This document shows positions 1 to 9,349 of a stretch of DNA of 53,783 nt, piece by piece. The notes beneath the pieces were generated by a model. It was not told where the DNA came from and ran no database searches. It saw nothing but the letters and a program-made list of their open reading frames with translations. The stretch comes from an uncultured Candidatus Bathyarchaeia archaeon. Lineage in GTDB: Archaea; Thermoproteota; Bathyarchaeia; Bathyarchaeales; DTEX01. How positions within the stretch are numbered: the first letter of the stretch is position 1; each line of letters starts with the position of its first letter. Location of the stretch: assembly GCA_964422605.1 (NCBI GenBank), contig CAYRBK010000001.1:100025-153807 (forward strand), in the 5' to 3' direction. The position numbers and the translations under genes are program-made.

Positions 1-201
1 CTAAGACTAGTTCACAGGCTAGGCTTCAGAAAGGAAGGTCTTCTCCGGCAGAATAGCTACTTCAACGGGCGATTTCGAGACGATATATGTCTTTCGTTGC
101 TGCAAAGTGAGTGGTCCAGAGAGCGGAAGCGACTTCTCCCTACGCAAAGATTTTCCGACAGATTTAAGTACAAGATTCGCTTTGTTCGAAAGGTTGAATA
201 A
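1..201 (+). CDS. GNAT N-acetyltransferase, RimJ/RimL-like, C-terminal fragment (5' end outside window)
   Basis: Frame-1 translation reads LRLVHRLGFRKEGLLRQNSYFNGRFRDDICLSLLQSEWSRERKRLL..., with TAA at 199-201. The LGFxxEGxLR...nG.+.D....LL..EW pattern is the typical C-terminus of RimJ/RimL-type GNAT acetyltransferases. Confidence 0.5.
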   Translation, partial: LRLVHRLGFRKEGLLRQNSYFNGRFRDDICLSLLQSEWSRERKRLLPTQRFSDRFKYKIRFVRKVE

Positions 202-241
202 CGAGCTAGACTCATACGATTGCTAGCAAGGTGAAGGATTG

Positions 242-556
242 ATGGAATACGTGTATGCCGCCATGCTTCTTCACATGGCCGGTAAGCCGATCAACGAAGA
301 CAATGTGATAAGAGTACTTGAGTCCGCCGACATCAAAGCCGACCCTGCCAGAGTGAAAGCCCTAGTCGCAGCCCTTTCTGAGATCGACATCAACGAAGCA
401 ATCAAATCTGCCCCAACTTTCATGCCCGCCGCCGCAACCGTGGCACCTGTCGCGCCAACTGTACCAGCGGCTGAAGAGAAACCGAAGAAAGAGGAGAAGA
501 AGGAAGAGAAGACCGAGGAAGAAGCCTTAGAAGGTCTCGGGGCCCTCTTCGGATAG
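242..556 (+). CDS. rpl12: 50S ribosomal stalk protein P1 (aL12)
   Basis: N-terminus [11 protein letters not shown], an Ala/Pro hinge, a KKEEKKEEK tract and the C-terminal tail [12 protein letters not shown] are diagnostic of archaeal P1. The tracked ORF opens at TTG 239. ATG 242 follows a GGTGAAGGA Shine-Dalgarno-like element. Confidence 0.85.
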   Translation: MEYVYAAMLLHMAGKPINEDNVIRVLESADIKADPARVKALVAALSEIDINEAIKSAPTFMPAAATVAPVAPTVPAAEEKPKKEEKKEEKTEEEALEGLGALFG

Positions 557-654
557 GCGGGATTGACTCAAGGCTAAGCTTGACAGGCTTCCAGTTAGCA
601 TTCTTGAGTAATCCTTTCCATCTTCATCTAGGCTCGGAGTGATCTGTGTTCAGG

Positions 655-662
655 TTTAAATA
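655..662 (+). promoter_or_regulatory. candidate archaeal TATA box (TTTAAATA) upstream of alaS
   Basis: TTTAAATA matches the archaeal TATA consensus and lies 66 nt upstream of the alaS ATG in an otherwise non-coding 171-bp spacer. Confidence 0.3.
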
Positions 663-727
663 TGGTTAAGTTGATAATCTCAGTATTTGTGGAAGCGGTC
701 AGCGTTCTCTCGCGGAGATGAAGCCAG

Positions 728-3505
728 ATGCGTTTTCCAGAACAGGAGTATCATGTGCCCTTCTTCGATGAGTATGGCTACGCCCGAAAACACTGCCCCA
801 AGTGCGGAGAATACTTCTGGACCCAGAACGCGGACCAGAAACTTTGCGGCGAGTCGACAGTGGAGGACTGTGGACACTACACTTTCATCGGTAACGCTCC
901 AACTCGAAAGCCTTACAGCCTACAGGAGATGCGGGAGGCGTTCATATCCTTCTTCGAAAAGAGGGAGCACAAACGGATCAAGCCTTACCCGATTGTAGCC
1001 CGGTGGAGAGATGACCTCTACTTCACAAACGCAAGCATAATTGATTTCCAGCCTTACGTCACTGAGGGTCTTATTCCTCCTCCTGCCAACCCTCTCGTCA
1101 TAAGCCAGCCATGTGTTAGGTTTCCGGATGTCGACAGCGTTGGGCCGACTTTTGGACGGCACCTCACCATCTTCGAGATGGGCGGCCATCACGCCTTCAA
1201 CTATCCAGAGAAGGAGGTCTACTGGAAAGACGAGACGGTGCGGTACCACCACGAGTTCGTGACGAAAGACCTCGGCGTCAAATCAGAAGAAGTCGTCTAC
1301 AAGGAGGGGGTCTGGTCGGGCGGAGGGAATGCTGGACCTGACGTCGAAAGCATAGTCCGCGGGCTAGAGGTCGCGACACTGGTTTTTATGAAGTACAAAG
1401 TGGTCGATGGCGAGTTTGTAGAGCTGCCTATAAGAACTGTTGACACAGGCTACGGCATAGAAAGGTTTACGTGGCTCTCACAAGGGTCGGTCAGTGGTTT
1501 CAAGGCGGTGTATGGCGACCTACTAGACAAAATCATGGGCATGGCTGGGGTTGAATCCGTCGATGAAAGACTTTTGGCCGAGGTCTCGAAGGTTTCCGGC
1601 TTGATCGAGGTATCCAAGACTTCCAGCCTCGTCGAGAACTGGAGAAGAGTATCTGACAGGATAGGCGTAGACTCTGACGAGCTGTACCGACTGGCGAATC
1701 CAGTCGTAGGCGTCTTCGCCGTGACAGACCACACGAAATGTCTAGCGTTTCTGCTGGCAGAGGGAGTTGTACCCTCAAACGTCCACGAAGGATATCTCAC
1801 ACGGTTGATGATCAGGCGAACCTATAGGCTTCTGAAGAATCTTTCGATCGAGGATAAGATGCCCGAGATAATAGACATGCAGGTATCACGCTGGTCAAAG
1901 GATTTCCCGCACTTGAGAGAAATGCGTGGCGAGATACTTGACCTCCTCGAGATAGAAAGAGAGAAGTACGAACAAACGGTCAAAAGAGGCCAAGGGCTCG
2001 TCAGAAGGATCATCCTAGAACAGAAGACGCAGACAAGCGCCGAGGTTCCATTAGAGAAGCTGATCGAACTATACGATTCCCATGGACTCACACCTGAAGT
2101 TGTGAGCGAGATGGCGAAAGCTGAAGGCGCAGAGGTAAAGGTACCCGAAAACTTCTATAGTTTCGTGGCTGCGAGGCACCTAGAGGCGCCGAGAACCCTG
2201 AAGCCAGCCACTACTGAGGCCATAGAGGATTTCGACAAGGCGTTCGTAGGCTTACCTGACACCTGCAGACTCTACTACGAGAATGTTTACACCTCTGAGT
2301 TCAAGGCCAAAGTTTTGCGCTTATCCGGTAACCGAGTTGTCTTAGGCAGGACTGCCTTCTATCCTGAAGGCGGAGGTCAGCCTGCGGATCATGGCTTTCT
2401 AGAGTTCAATAGGACCCGATCTCGGGTTCTGGATGTTCAGAAAGTCGGTGGCATCATAGTCCATTTCGTAGAGGGTGCCGCCCCGAAAGAGGGCAGCGAA
2501 GTCAGAGGAGTAATCGATTGGGAACGGCGGGTCAGCCTCATGAGGAATCATTCTGCCACGCACGTTGTCATGGGTGCTGCCAGGCGAGTCCTTGGGCAGC
2601 ATGTCTGGCAGTCTGGAGCCCAGAAAGATGTGGACAGGACTCGGCTAGACATTTCCCATCCCAAACGTTTGACTCGTGATGAGGTCAATGAAATCGAAAG
2701 GCTGGCCAACGAAGTGGTCATGAAAAACCTGCCGGTCAAATCGTTCTGGATGCCCCGAGAAGAGGCTGAGAGACGATATGGTTTCAGACTCTACCAAGGT
2801 GGCGTAGTGCCCGGTCGCGAGATAAGGGTTGTGGAGACTGAAGGTTGGGAGGTTGAGGCTTGCGGTGGAACCCACTGTGAATCGACAGGCGAGGTAGGCT
2901 TGATAAAAATAATTCGCACAGAAAGAATCCAAGACGGTGTCGAAAGGGTGATCTACGCCGCTGGCGGCTCAGCGGTCAAGACCGTCCAAGAGATCGAAGC
3001 CAAAGTTGTCAAGGCTGCGGAACTGCTGGGTGTCCAGCCGGAGAAGGTTGAGAAGACCTTGGGGCGCATGGTCTCCGAATGGAGGCAGCTGCGCCGGGAA
3101 AAAGAAAACCTGACCAAGAGCCTTGCCAAGTTCATGGCTGAGAAGTACCTTTCAACCGCTGAAAAGATTTCAGGTTTGAGGGTGGTCTCAGAGATCATTC
3201 GCGAAGAAGAAGCTAACCTAGACTTGCTCATCAATGTGTCCAACGAACTCGTCAAAGCAGAACCGAAAGTCGTGGCCATCTTCGTCTGCGTGGACCAGAA
3301 TGCGAGGCTCATCGCCATGGTTGGGAAAGAAGCACAGAGACGCGGAGTTGATGCGCGGGAGATCGCCCGACAGGGAGCACCTGAGCTGGGCGGAGGAGGA
3401 AGCGGAAAACCTGAATTTGCCCAAGGTGGAGGAACCCATGTTGAAGGAGCATCCAAAGCCTTGGAAAAGGCTAAAATGGTCATACGCAAGAGAGTCAAGG
3501 GGTGA
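728..3505 (+). CDS. alaS: alanyl-tRNA synthetase (archaeal type)
   Basis: 925 aa. The N-terminal Zn-ribbon-like KHCPKCGEYFW is typical of archaeal AlaRS. Editing-domain motifs HSATHVV and CGGTHC are present, followed by a C-terminal DHHA1-like GGGSGKPEFAQGGG. Confidence 0.92.
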   Translation: MRFPEQEYHVPFFDEYGYARKHCPKCGEYFWTQNADQKLCGESTVEDCGHYTFIGNAPTRKPYSLQEMREAFISFFEKREHKRIKPYPIVARWRDDLYFTNASIIDFQPYVTEGLIPPPANPLVISQPCVRFPDVDSVGPTFGRHLTIFEMGGHHAFNYPEKEVYWKDETVRYHHEFVTKDLGVKSEEVVYKEGVWSGGGNAGPDVESIVRGLEVATLVFMKYKVVDGEFVELPIRTVDTGYGIERFTWLSQGSVSGFKAVYGDLLDKIMGMAGVESVDERLLAEVSKVSGLIEVSKTSSLVENWRRVSDRIGVDSDELYRLANPVVGVFAVTDHTKCLAFLLAEGVVPSNVHEGYLTRLMIRRTYRLLKNLSIEDKMPEIIDMQVSRWSKDFPHLREMRGEILDLLEIEREKYEQTVKRGQGLVRRIILEQKTQTSAEVPLEKLIELYDSHGLTPEVVSEMAKAEGAEVKVPENFYSFVAARHLEAPRTLKPATTEAIEDFDKAFVGLPDTCRLYYENVYTSEFKAKVLRLSGNRVVLGRTAFYPEGGGQPADHGFLEFNRTRSRVLDVQKVGGIIVHFVEGAAPKEGSEVRGVIDWERRVSLMRNHSATHVVMGAARRVLGQHVWQSGAQKDVDRTRLDISHPKRLTRDEVNEIERLANEVVMKNLPVKSFWMPREEAERRYGFRLYQGGVVPGREIRVVETEGWEVEACGGTHCESTGEVGLIKIIRTERIQDGVERVIYAAGGSAVKTVQEIEAKVVKAAELLGVQPEKVEKTLGRMVSEWRQLRREKENLTKSLAKFMAEKYLSTAEKISGLRVVSEIIREEEANLDLLINVSNELVKAEPKVVAIFVCVDQNARLIAMVGKEAQRRGVDAREIARQGAPELGGGGSGKPEFAQGGGTHVEGASKALEKAKMVIRKRVKG

Positions 3506-3510
3506 GACCG

Positions 3511-6399
3511 ATGGCTGTGAACTGGAGAGAGATCGAAGATAGATGGAGAAAGGAGTGGGAGAGAGCAGGGACCTTCGAGGCGAACCCTGACCCTAGACGG
3601 AAAAAGTGCTTTGTAACTTTCCCATATCCTTACATGAACGGTCCGCTGCACCTCGGGCATGGTTTCACCGCGACTCGCGTAGATGTCTACGTTCGTTTCA
3701 TGCGAATGAGAGGTTTCAACACGCTTTGGCCTTGGGCTTGGCACTGGACAGGTGAGCCGATTGTGGGCGCTGCCTTGCGGGTGAAGAGGGGAGATGGGGA
3801 AATTATCAAGGCACTGAGAGAGATCGATGGTGTCCCCGAAGAAGATCTGGAAAAGTTTGTTGACCCAGTCTACATGGCCAACTACTACACGCGTGAAGGC
3901 AAAGAGGCGGCAAAGAGAATAGGGTTCTCAATTGACTGGAGAAGAGAGTTTCACACGACTGACCTGGAACCTACTTACAGCCGTTTCATCGAGTGGCAAT
4001 ATGATACTCTGCGCGAAAAGGGATACGTTGCCAGAGGGACTCACCCCGTGGTTTGGTGTCCAAATTGTCAAAGCCCAACAGGCGACCATGACAGGCTTGA
4101 AGGAGAGGGCGTGTCGCCTGAAGAGTACACTCTATTGAAGTTTCCATTCAACGGTGCTTTCCTGCCTGCAGCAACTTTCAGGCCTGAGACGATCTACGGC
4201 GTCACAAACATGTTCATGAACCCCGACGCCATCTATGTTGAAGCGAAAGTTGACGGTGAGACATGGATCATTAGCAAAGAAGCCATCCTCAAGCTCTCCG
4301 AACAGTTGAAGAAGGTTGAGGCACTCCGAGAGCTCAAAGGAGCCGAACTCATTGGCAAGTACTTCCAGGACCCGATAACAAAGAAAAGACTACCCATACT
4401 GCCAGGATGGTTTGTCGACCCGAACTCAGCCACAGGCGTAGTCTACAGCGTTCCAGCCCATGCCCCAGCCGACTGGATAGCCCTGATAGACCTGGTCAAA
4501 AATCCCGAAGGCTTGAGAAAGCTCGGCGTCGACCCAGAAGTCGTAAAACAGATCAAGCCTATCTCTCTGATCAGCATTGAAGGGTTCGGCAACTTTCCCG
4601 GCGTCGAGATCATCGAGCAGATGAAGGCCAAGGACCAGTTTGACCACAAAGTCGCCGAGGCAACCTCGATCATCTACAAAAAAGAGTTCCACACAGGCAC
4701 ACTGAAGCCTATCACAGGCAAGTACGCTGGCAAAAGGGTCCAAGAGGTCAAATCTGAGCTTGTCGACGATTTCAGGAAAGCCGGCATAGCAGACTCGATG
4801 TATGACCTTCCCGAGAAAGTCATGTGCAGATGCACTACAGCATGTATCGTCAAGATTCTTTCAGACCAATGGTTCCTACGATATTCAGACCCTGAATGGA
4901 AACGACTAGCCCATGAGGCTGTAGATGATGCAGAGGTCTTTCCCGAGACCGCACGCGCCTACTTCCACGATAAGATTGATTGGCTTCACGATTGGGCCTG
5001 CGCCCGTAGAACCGGACTTGGGACGCCTTTACCTTGGAGTCCGGGGTGGATAGTGGAGACGCTCAGCGACTCAACGATTTACATGTCCTTCTACACGATC
5101 GTCAATCTTATTCGTGAACATAGCATCAATCCCAACCAGCTCACAAACGAGGTCTTTGACTACATCTTCTTCGGAAAAGGCAAGCCGGACGAAGTGGCTG
5201 AGACCTCGGGCTTACCACCTTCATTACTGGGGAAGATGAGAACTGAGTTCACCTACTGGTACCCTGTGGACATGAGGATCTCAGCCAAGGAGCTAGTCCC
5301 GAATCACTTGACCTTCTTCATCTTTCAGCACATAGCCCTCTTTCCAAAGCAGCACTGGCCACAAGGCATAGGCGTAAATGGAGTGCTGACAATCGAGAGC
5401 GAAAAGATGTCAAAGTCCAAGGGCAACTTCTTGACCTTGAGACATGCGGTCGACCGTTTTGGAGCTGACGTGACAAGGCTAACGCTGGTCCTAGGCGCAG
5501 AGGACATGGAGGACCCCGATTGGCGAGACGAAAACGCAAGAAGCATAGACGCGAAACTGAAAGCCATGCATAGGTTTGTGAATCAGATGGTCGATCTCAG
5601 GGGTGAAACGGAAGCCAGGAACGTGGACCGTTGGCTACTCTCTGCCATTCAGAAAAGGATCGAAGCAGTGACGGCTGCCATCGAAGTGCTCAAGACTAGA
5701 ACGGCTGCTGAGGTTGCCTTCTTCGAGGTCTGGAATGACATACGGTGGTATCTGAGACGAACCACCAGCCCCAACCCAAAGGTCCTGAAGGAAGTGGCAG
5801 ACATATGGATCCGTCTGCTGGCTCCTTTCACACCTTACATAAGCGAAGAGCTCTGGCATCTTCTGGGGAACGATGGGCTAGTCTCCAAGGCAGAGTGGCC
5901 CCGCTACGACGGCTCAAAGATCGACGTGAAGGCAGAGGAAGCTGAAGACCTAATCAGGGATCTGATCGGGGATACGACGAATGTGATCAGGGCTACCAAG
6001 ATGACTCCCAAAAGAATCTGCTACTACGCGGCTGCAGGCTGGAAGTGGAAAGCCTACCTAGAGCTTCTCAAGAGAGCGGTCTCACAAAAGGTTGAGATGC
6101 GCGACGCCATGAAAAGCCTCACTATGGATCCTGACCTGAAGAATAAGGCTAAGAACTTGGCAGATTTCGTAGGCAAGACAATAACGGAAATCAACGCGGC
6201 CCCCGAAGACCGTAGACAGAGAAGGCTTGAGAGCGGACGCCTAGACGAGAAAACCGTTGTGAATGAGGCAGCAGGTTTTCTCGAGAAAGAATTCAGCGCC
6301 AAAGTCTCTATCTACGACGAAGAAGACCAAGGAAAATACGACCCGAGAAACAGAGCGTCGGCGGCGAAGCCTTACAGGCCCGCCATATACATCGAATAG
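3511..6399 (+). CDS. leuS: leucyl-tRNA synthetase (archaeal type)
   Basis: Class I motifs HLGH (PLHLGHGFT) and KMSKSKGN, with length and CP1 editing insertion typical of archaeal LeuRS. The ORF opens at GTG 3502, overlapping the alaS stop as GTGA. ATG 3511 follows AAGGGGTGA at good Shine-Dalgarno spacing, so the start is 3502 or 3511. Confidence 0.92.
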   Translation: MAVNWREIEDRWRKEWERAGTFEANPDPRRKKCFVTFPYPYMNGPLHLGHGFTATRVDVYVRFMRMRGFNTLWPWAWHWTGEPIVGAALRVKRGDGEIIKALREIDGVPEEDLEKFVDPVYMANYYTREGKEAAKRIGFSIDWRREFHTTDLEPTYSRFIEWQYDTLREKGYVARGTHPVVWCPNCQSPTGDHDRLEGEGVSPEEYTLLKFPFNGAFLPAATFRPETIYGVTNMFMNPDAIYVEAKVDGETWIISKEAILKLSEQLKKVEALRELKGAELIGKYFQDPITKKRLPILPGWFVDPNSATGVVYSVPAHAPADWIALIDLVKNPEGLRKLGVDPEVVKQIKPISLISIEGFGNFPGVEIIEQMKAKDQFDHKVAEATSIIYKKEFHTGTLKPITGKYAGKRVQEVKSELVDDFRKAGIADSMYDLPEKVMCRCTTACIVKILSDQWFLRYSDPEWKRLAHEAVDDAEVFPETARAYFHDKIDWLHDWACARRTGLGTPLPWSPGWIVETLSDSTIYMSFYTIVNLIREHSINPNQLTNEVFDYIFFGKGKPDEVAETSGLPPSLLGKMRTEFTYWYPVDMRISAKELVPNHLTFFIFQHIALFPKQHWPQGIGVNGVLTIESEKMSKSKGNFLTLRHAVDRFGADVTRLTLVLGAEDMEDPDWRDENARSIDAKLKAMHRFVNQMVDLRGETEARNVDRWLLSAIQKRIEAVTAAIEVLKTRTAAEVAFFEVWNDIRWYLRRTTSPNPKVLKEVADIWIRLLAPFTPYISEELWHLLGNDGLVSKAEWPRYDGSKIDVKAEEAEDLIRDLIGDTTNVIRATKMTPKRICYYAAAGWKWKAYLELLKRAVSQKVEMRDAMKSLTMDPDLKNKAKNLADFVGKTITEINAAPEDRRQRRLESGRLDEKTVVNEAAGFLEKEFSAKVSIYDEEDQGKYDPRNRASAAKPYRPAIYIE

Positions 6400-6594
6400 G
6401 CAAGAAGATCACGCGCTCATTTGCTGCGCGCATGCTCCTTACTTTGCTCAACAGTGTTTGGCTACGTATGTTGCGAAACTCTCCCGACGGATAGATGCCG
6501 ACGGCAGCACGAGGAATGCAGCTGCTGTTCCAAAGCCTAGACTTATATGCTTCATTCTAATAGATAAGAGGGGAGAGTACGGGGAGACGGATGA

Positions 6595-7479
6595 ATGAGG
6601 ATTCCGCGATTTTCGGATAAAACAGTTATCTTCATCGCCGCCGCTTTCGCAGCAGGAATAGTCATTCCGAGTTTCATTCTTGGACTCACATTCTACGCTA
6701 GTACGGCAAATCTTGGTATAGAGCAAACCTTTGACGAATTATCAGCCAGCCTTGGAGGCCGGTATAGCCCTTATCAGGCAAAGCCTGCTCAGGAATCCCC
6801 CTACTCTCTTTTAGAGGCCATTGGGAGGATGATGGTTTACACGGCTCATTTGAACCTTGAGGTAAGCGATGTTGATTCGGCGATAGTCAGCATTCATGGG
6901 ATTGCCATGGACTTGGGAGGAAATGTGACAAGTATCTCGACCTCTAAAGAGAGTGGGAGAAGAATGGGCGTGGTAACCATTCGCGTACCACAGGAGAGTT
7001 TCTATGATGCCATACAAGCAATCGAGAATCTGGGAGATGTGGGGAGGAAGGAAGTAAAGGGCGAAGATGTGACCGAACAGTACGTTGACCTTTCAGCCCG
7101 TCTAAGCAACTTGAAGAAGCAAGAGCAAAGACTCATAGAGATATTGGAAATGTGCACAACGGTGCAAGATGTTTTGAAGGTAGAATCAGAGCTGAACCGG
7201 GTAAGGGAGCAAGTCGAACAGCTCACCGGGCAGATCCAGTACTTGGAATCCAGAATCGATCTTGCTACCATCATTGTCTCACTGGGCGAACCGGGAGGTC
7301 TGATTGCCATCCCACAGATAAACTGGGGAAGACCGGTTGAGGCGGGGCTTTGGGGAGTGTTTGTAGTCTTTCAGGGGTTGATTGCCTTAGCTATTGTTGC
7401 TACACCGTTCATCGCGATTGGAACCCCCATATATTATGTTTACAGAAGGAGACAGACGAAAAACAAAGCCTCCCCCTAG
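6595..7479 (+). CDS. DUF4349-like membrane-anchored coiled-coil protein
   Basis: N-terminal TM helix (VIFIAAAFAAGIVIPSFILGL), a coiled-coil block (DLSARLSNLKKQEQRLIEILE...ELNRVREQVEQLTGQIQYLESRIDLATI) and C-terminal TM helices. This architecture is characteristic of DUF4349. Confidence 0.55.
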   Translation: MRIPRFSDKTVIFIAAAFAAGIVIPSFILGLTFYASTANLGIEQTFDELSASLGGRYSPYQAKPAQESPYSLLEAIGRMMVYTAHLNLEVSDVDSAIVSIHGIAMDLGGNVTSISTSKESGRRMGVVTIRVPQESFYDAIQAIENLGDVGRKEVKGEDVTEQYVDLSARLSNLKKQEQRLIEILEMCTTVQDVLKVESELNRVREQVEQLTGQIQYLESRIDLATIIVSLGEPGGLIAIPQINWGRPVEAGLWGVFVVFQGLIALAIVATPFIAIGTPIYYVYRRRQTKNKASP

Positions 7480-7616
7480 AAGCCCACCCCTCCCTGTTTC
7501 CGGTCTGAACATCTTCCAGGGTGGAAGGGGTGAGGCAATCCGAAGCCAAGCATATATACCAGCAGAACCCTATGAACCCAGCATTGCGCGACTGGAAGCT
7601 GTGGCAGGATGGAAAC

Positions 7617-8543
7617 ATGAGGAAACGTGACTTCTTAACTCTGCAGGACTACTCAAAGGAAGAGATATGGGGACTGCTAGAGAACACGCGTAGGTTCAAG
7701 CAGAAGACTGCTACTCGCAAGGAAGCCCGGAAACTTGAGGGGAAGTCGATCGCGTTACTTTTTCAGAAGGCTTCGACCCGGACACGTGTCTCTTTCGAGG
7801 TCGCCGTGAACCAGCTAGGCGGACAGGCCATATATCTGGGGTGGCAAGAGGCACACCTGGGCCGAGGCGAGACGATTGCTGATACGGCTCGGGTTCTGAG
7901 CCGATACGTTGATGGCGTCGTCGCAAGAGTCTACAGGCAGGCTGACCTAGACGAGATGGCGGAGTACGCTGACGTATCGGTGATCAACGCCCTCTCAGAT
8001 CTGTTCCACCCATGCCAAGTTGTAGCCGACCTGTACACTATCTTGGAGAGACGGGGTTCGCTGGAAGGCTTGAGGGTTGCCTACGTGGGCGACGGAAACA
8101 ATGTCTGCAACTCTCTGCTCATAGGATGTAGCAAAATCGGCGTCAACATATCTGTGGCATGTCCCTCGGGCTACGAGCCTTACAGCAAGGCCATAGAATG
8201 GGCTCGGAAAAACTCGAAGGCGAGCGGATCGACTGTCGAGATACTTCGAGAGCCAAAGGAGGCGGTCAGAGGCGCCGACGTCGTCTACACCGACACTTTT
8301 GTGTCGATGGGCGACGAAGCAGAACGCGAAGACAGGCTCAAAGTCTTTCTACCCAAGTACCAAGTGAGACCCGACCTCTTCAGAAACGCGGCTGACGATG
8401 CCTTGTTCATGCATTGCCTACCAGCCCACCGCAACGAGGAAGTCACCGACGAAGTCATAGACGGACCTCGGTCAATTGTCTGGGACGAAGCAGAAAACCG
8501 CCTGCACACAGCAAAAGCTATATTGGCAGTGGCTATAGGGTAG
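7617..8543 (+). CDS. argF: ornithine carbamoyltransferase
   Basis: Motifs STRTRVSFE, HPCQ, the ornithine-specific DTFVSMG, and HCLPAHR. The ORF opens at GTG 7521, but ATG 7617 (MRKRDFLTLQDYS) gives the canonical length of about 308 aa. Confidence 0.85.
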   Translation: MRKRDFLTLQDYSKEEIWGLLENTRRFKQKTATRKEARKLEGKSIALLFQKASTRTRVSFEVAVNQLGGQAIYLGWQEAHLGRGETIADTARVLSRYVDGVVARVYRQADLDEMAEYADVSVINALSDLFHPCQVVADLYTILERRGSLEGLRVAYVGDGNNVCNSLLIGCSKIGVNISVACPSGYEPYSKAIEWARKNSKASGSTVEILREPKEAVRGADVVYTDTFVSMGDEAEREDRLKVFLPKYQVRPDLFRNAADDALFMHCLPAHRNEEVTDEVIDGPRSIVWDEAENRLHTAKAILAVAIG

Positions 8544-8570
8544 TCCTAGATCAATGTTTCCTCATAACCC

Positions 8571-8578
8571 TTAAATAA
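8571..8578 (+). promoter_or_regulatory. candidate TATA box (TTAAATAA) for rps7
   Basis: An AT-rich octamer sits 48 nt upstream of ATG 8626. It overlaps the upstream in-frame ATG 8578, which argues against that ATG being the start. Confidence 0.3.
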
Positions 8579-8625
8579 TGGAGCAAATCTCAGAAGATAC
8601 TGGTTCCAACCTAAGGAGAAGCCAA

Positions 8626-9198
8626 ATGAGCGAGAAAAACAAGCACCAACTCTTCGGCAAATGGAGCATGGATGTGGAAGTGCGAGACTTGGGGCTCCAA
8701 AGATACGTTTCCATCAATCCACTTCATATTCCGCATACCATGGGGAGACATGAGCATCGCAAATTCCATAAGGCTAGAGTAAACGTCGTTGAAAGGCTTG
8801 TGAACAACCTCATGAGGCCTGGAAAGAACGCAGGCAAAAAAGCAAGAGCCCTACACTTCGTCAGGAACTCATTTGAGATAATCCACCTACGCACAGGGCA
8901 GAATCCTACTCAAGTCCTTGTCCAAGCAGTCGAGAATGCCGCGCCGTGCGAAGACACGACACGGGTTAGCTACGGAGGGATAGCTTACCATCAGGCTGTC
9001 GACGTATCTCCCCAGCGAAGGGTCGATCTGGCTCTGCGATTCATCGCGGAGGGAGCCAGAAAAGCAGCCTTTAACAACCCGAAGCCTTTTGAGGAGTGCC
9101 TCGCAGAAGAGATAGTTGCGGCAGCTAACAGGGACGCGGGAAGCTATGCCGTCAAGAGACGAAACGAGATGGAAAGAATAGCGATGCACGCTCGCTAG
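8626..9198 (+). CDS. rps7: 30S ribosomal protein S7 (uS7)
   Basis: LFGKWSMDVEVRDLGLQRYV, HTMGRHEHRKF, VERLVNNLMR.GKNAGKK and a C-terminal KRRNEMERIAMHAR match archaeal S7. AAGGAG at 8613-8618 lies 7 nt before ATG 8626. The tracked ORF opens at 8578. Confidence 0.85.
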   Translation: MSEKNKHQLFGKWSMDVEVRDLGLQRYVSINPLHIPHTMGRHEHRKFHKARVNVVERLVNNLMRPGKNAGKKARALHFVRNSFEIIHLRTGQNPTQVLVQAVENAAPCEDTTRVSYGGIAYHQAVDVSPQRRVDLALRFIAEGARKAAFNNPKPFEECLAEEIVAAANRDAGSYAVKRRNEMERIAMHAR

Positions 9199-9349
9199 GC
9201 GCCACTTTCTGCCTTGGGACTTCCCGTGCTGAAATGGATAAATAACTGTTTTGCAGTAATCTTACGCGTATTGGACATCATTATCCTAGGAAATCAGACA
9301 ACATGACAACTTCAGGGAGATCGCCCCTCATCTTGGAAGAGAACGAGGT

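Noticed and set aside
2953-3744. 263-aa minus-strand ORF spanning the alaS/leuS junction. Similar long antisense ORFs occur at 11783-12211, 24395-24928, 36894-37586, 41186-41647 and 50930-51376.
   Set aside because: All lie entirely antisense to strongly identified genes (alaS/leuS, fwdC/mch, GDPD, hypD, proC, mcm). They have low-complexity Ser/Arg/Pro-rich translations and no recognisable motifs, so they are typical shadow ORFs.
6411-6441. CGCGC-N9-GCGCG hairpin just after the leuS stop, as a possible terminator.
   Set aside because: It has only a 5-bp stem with no following oligo-T tract. Archaeal termination relies mainly on T-runs, so the evidence is insufficient.
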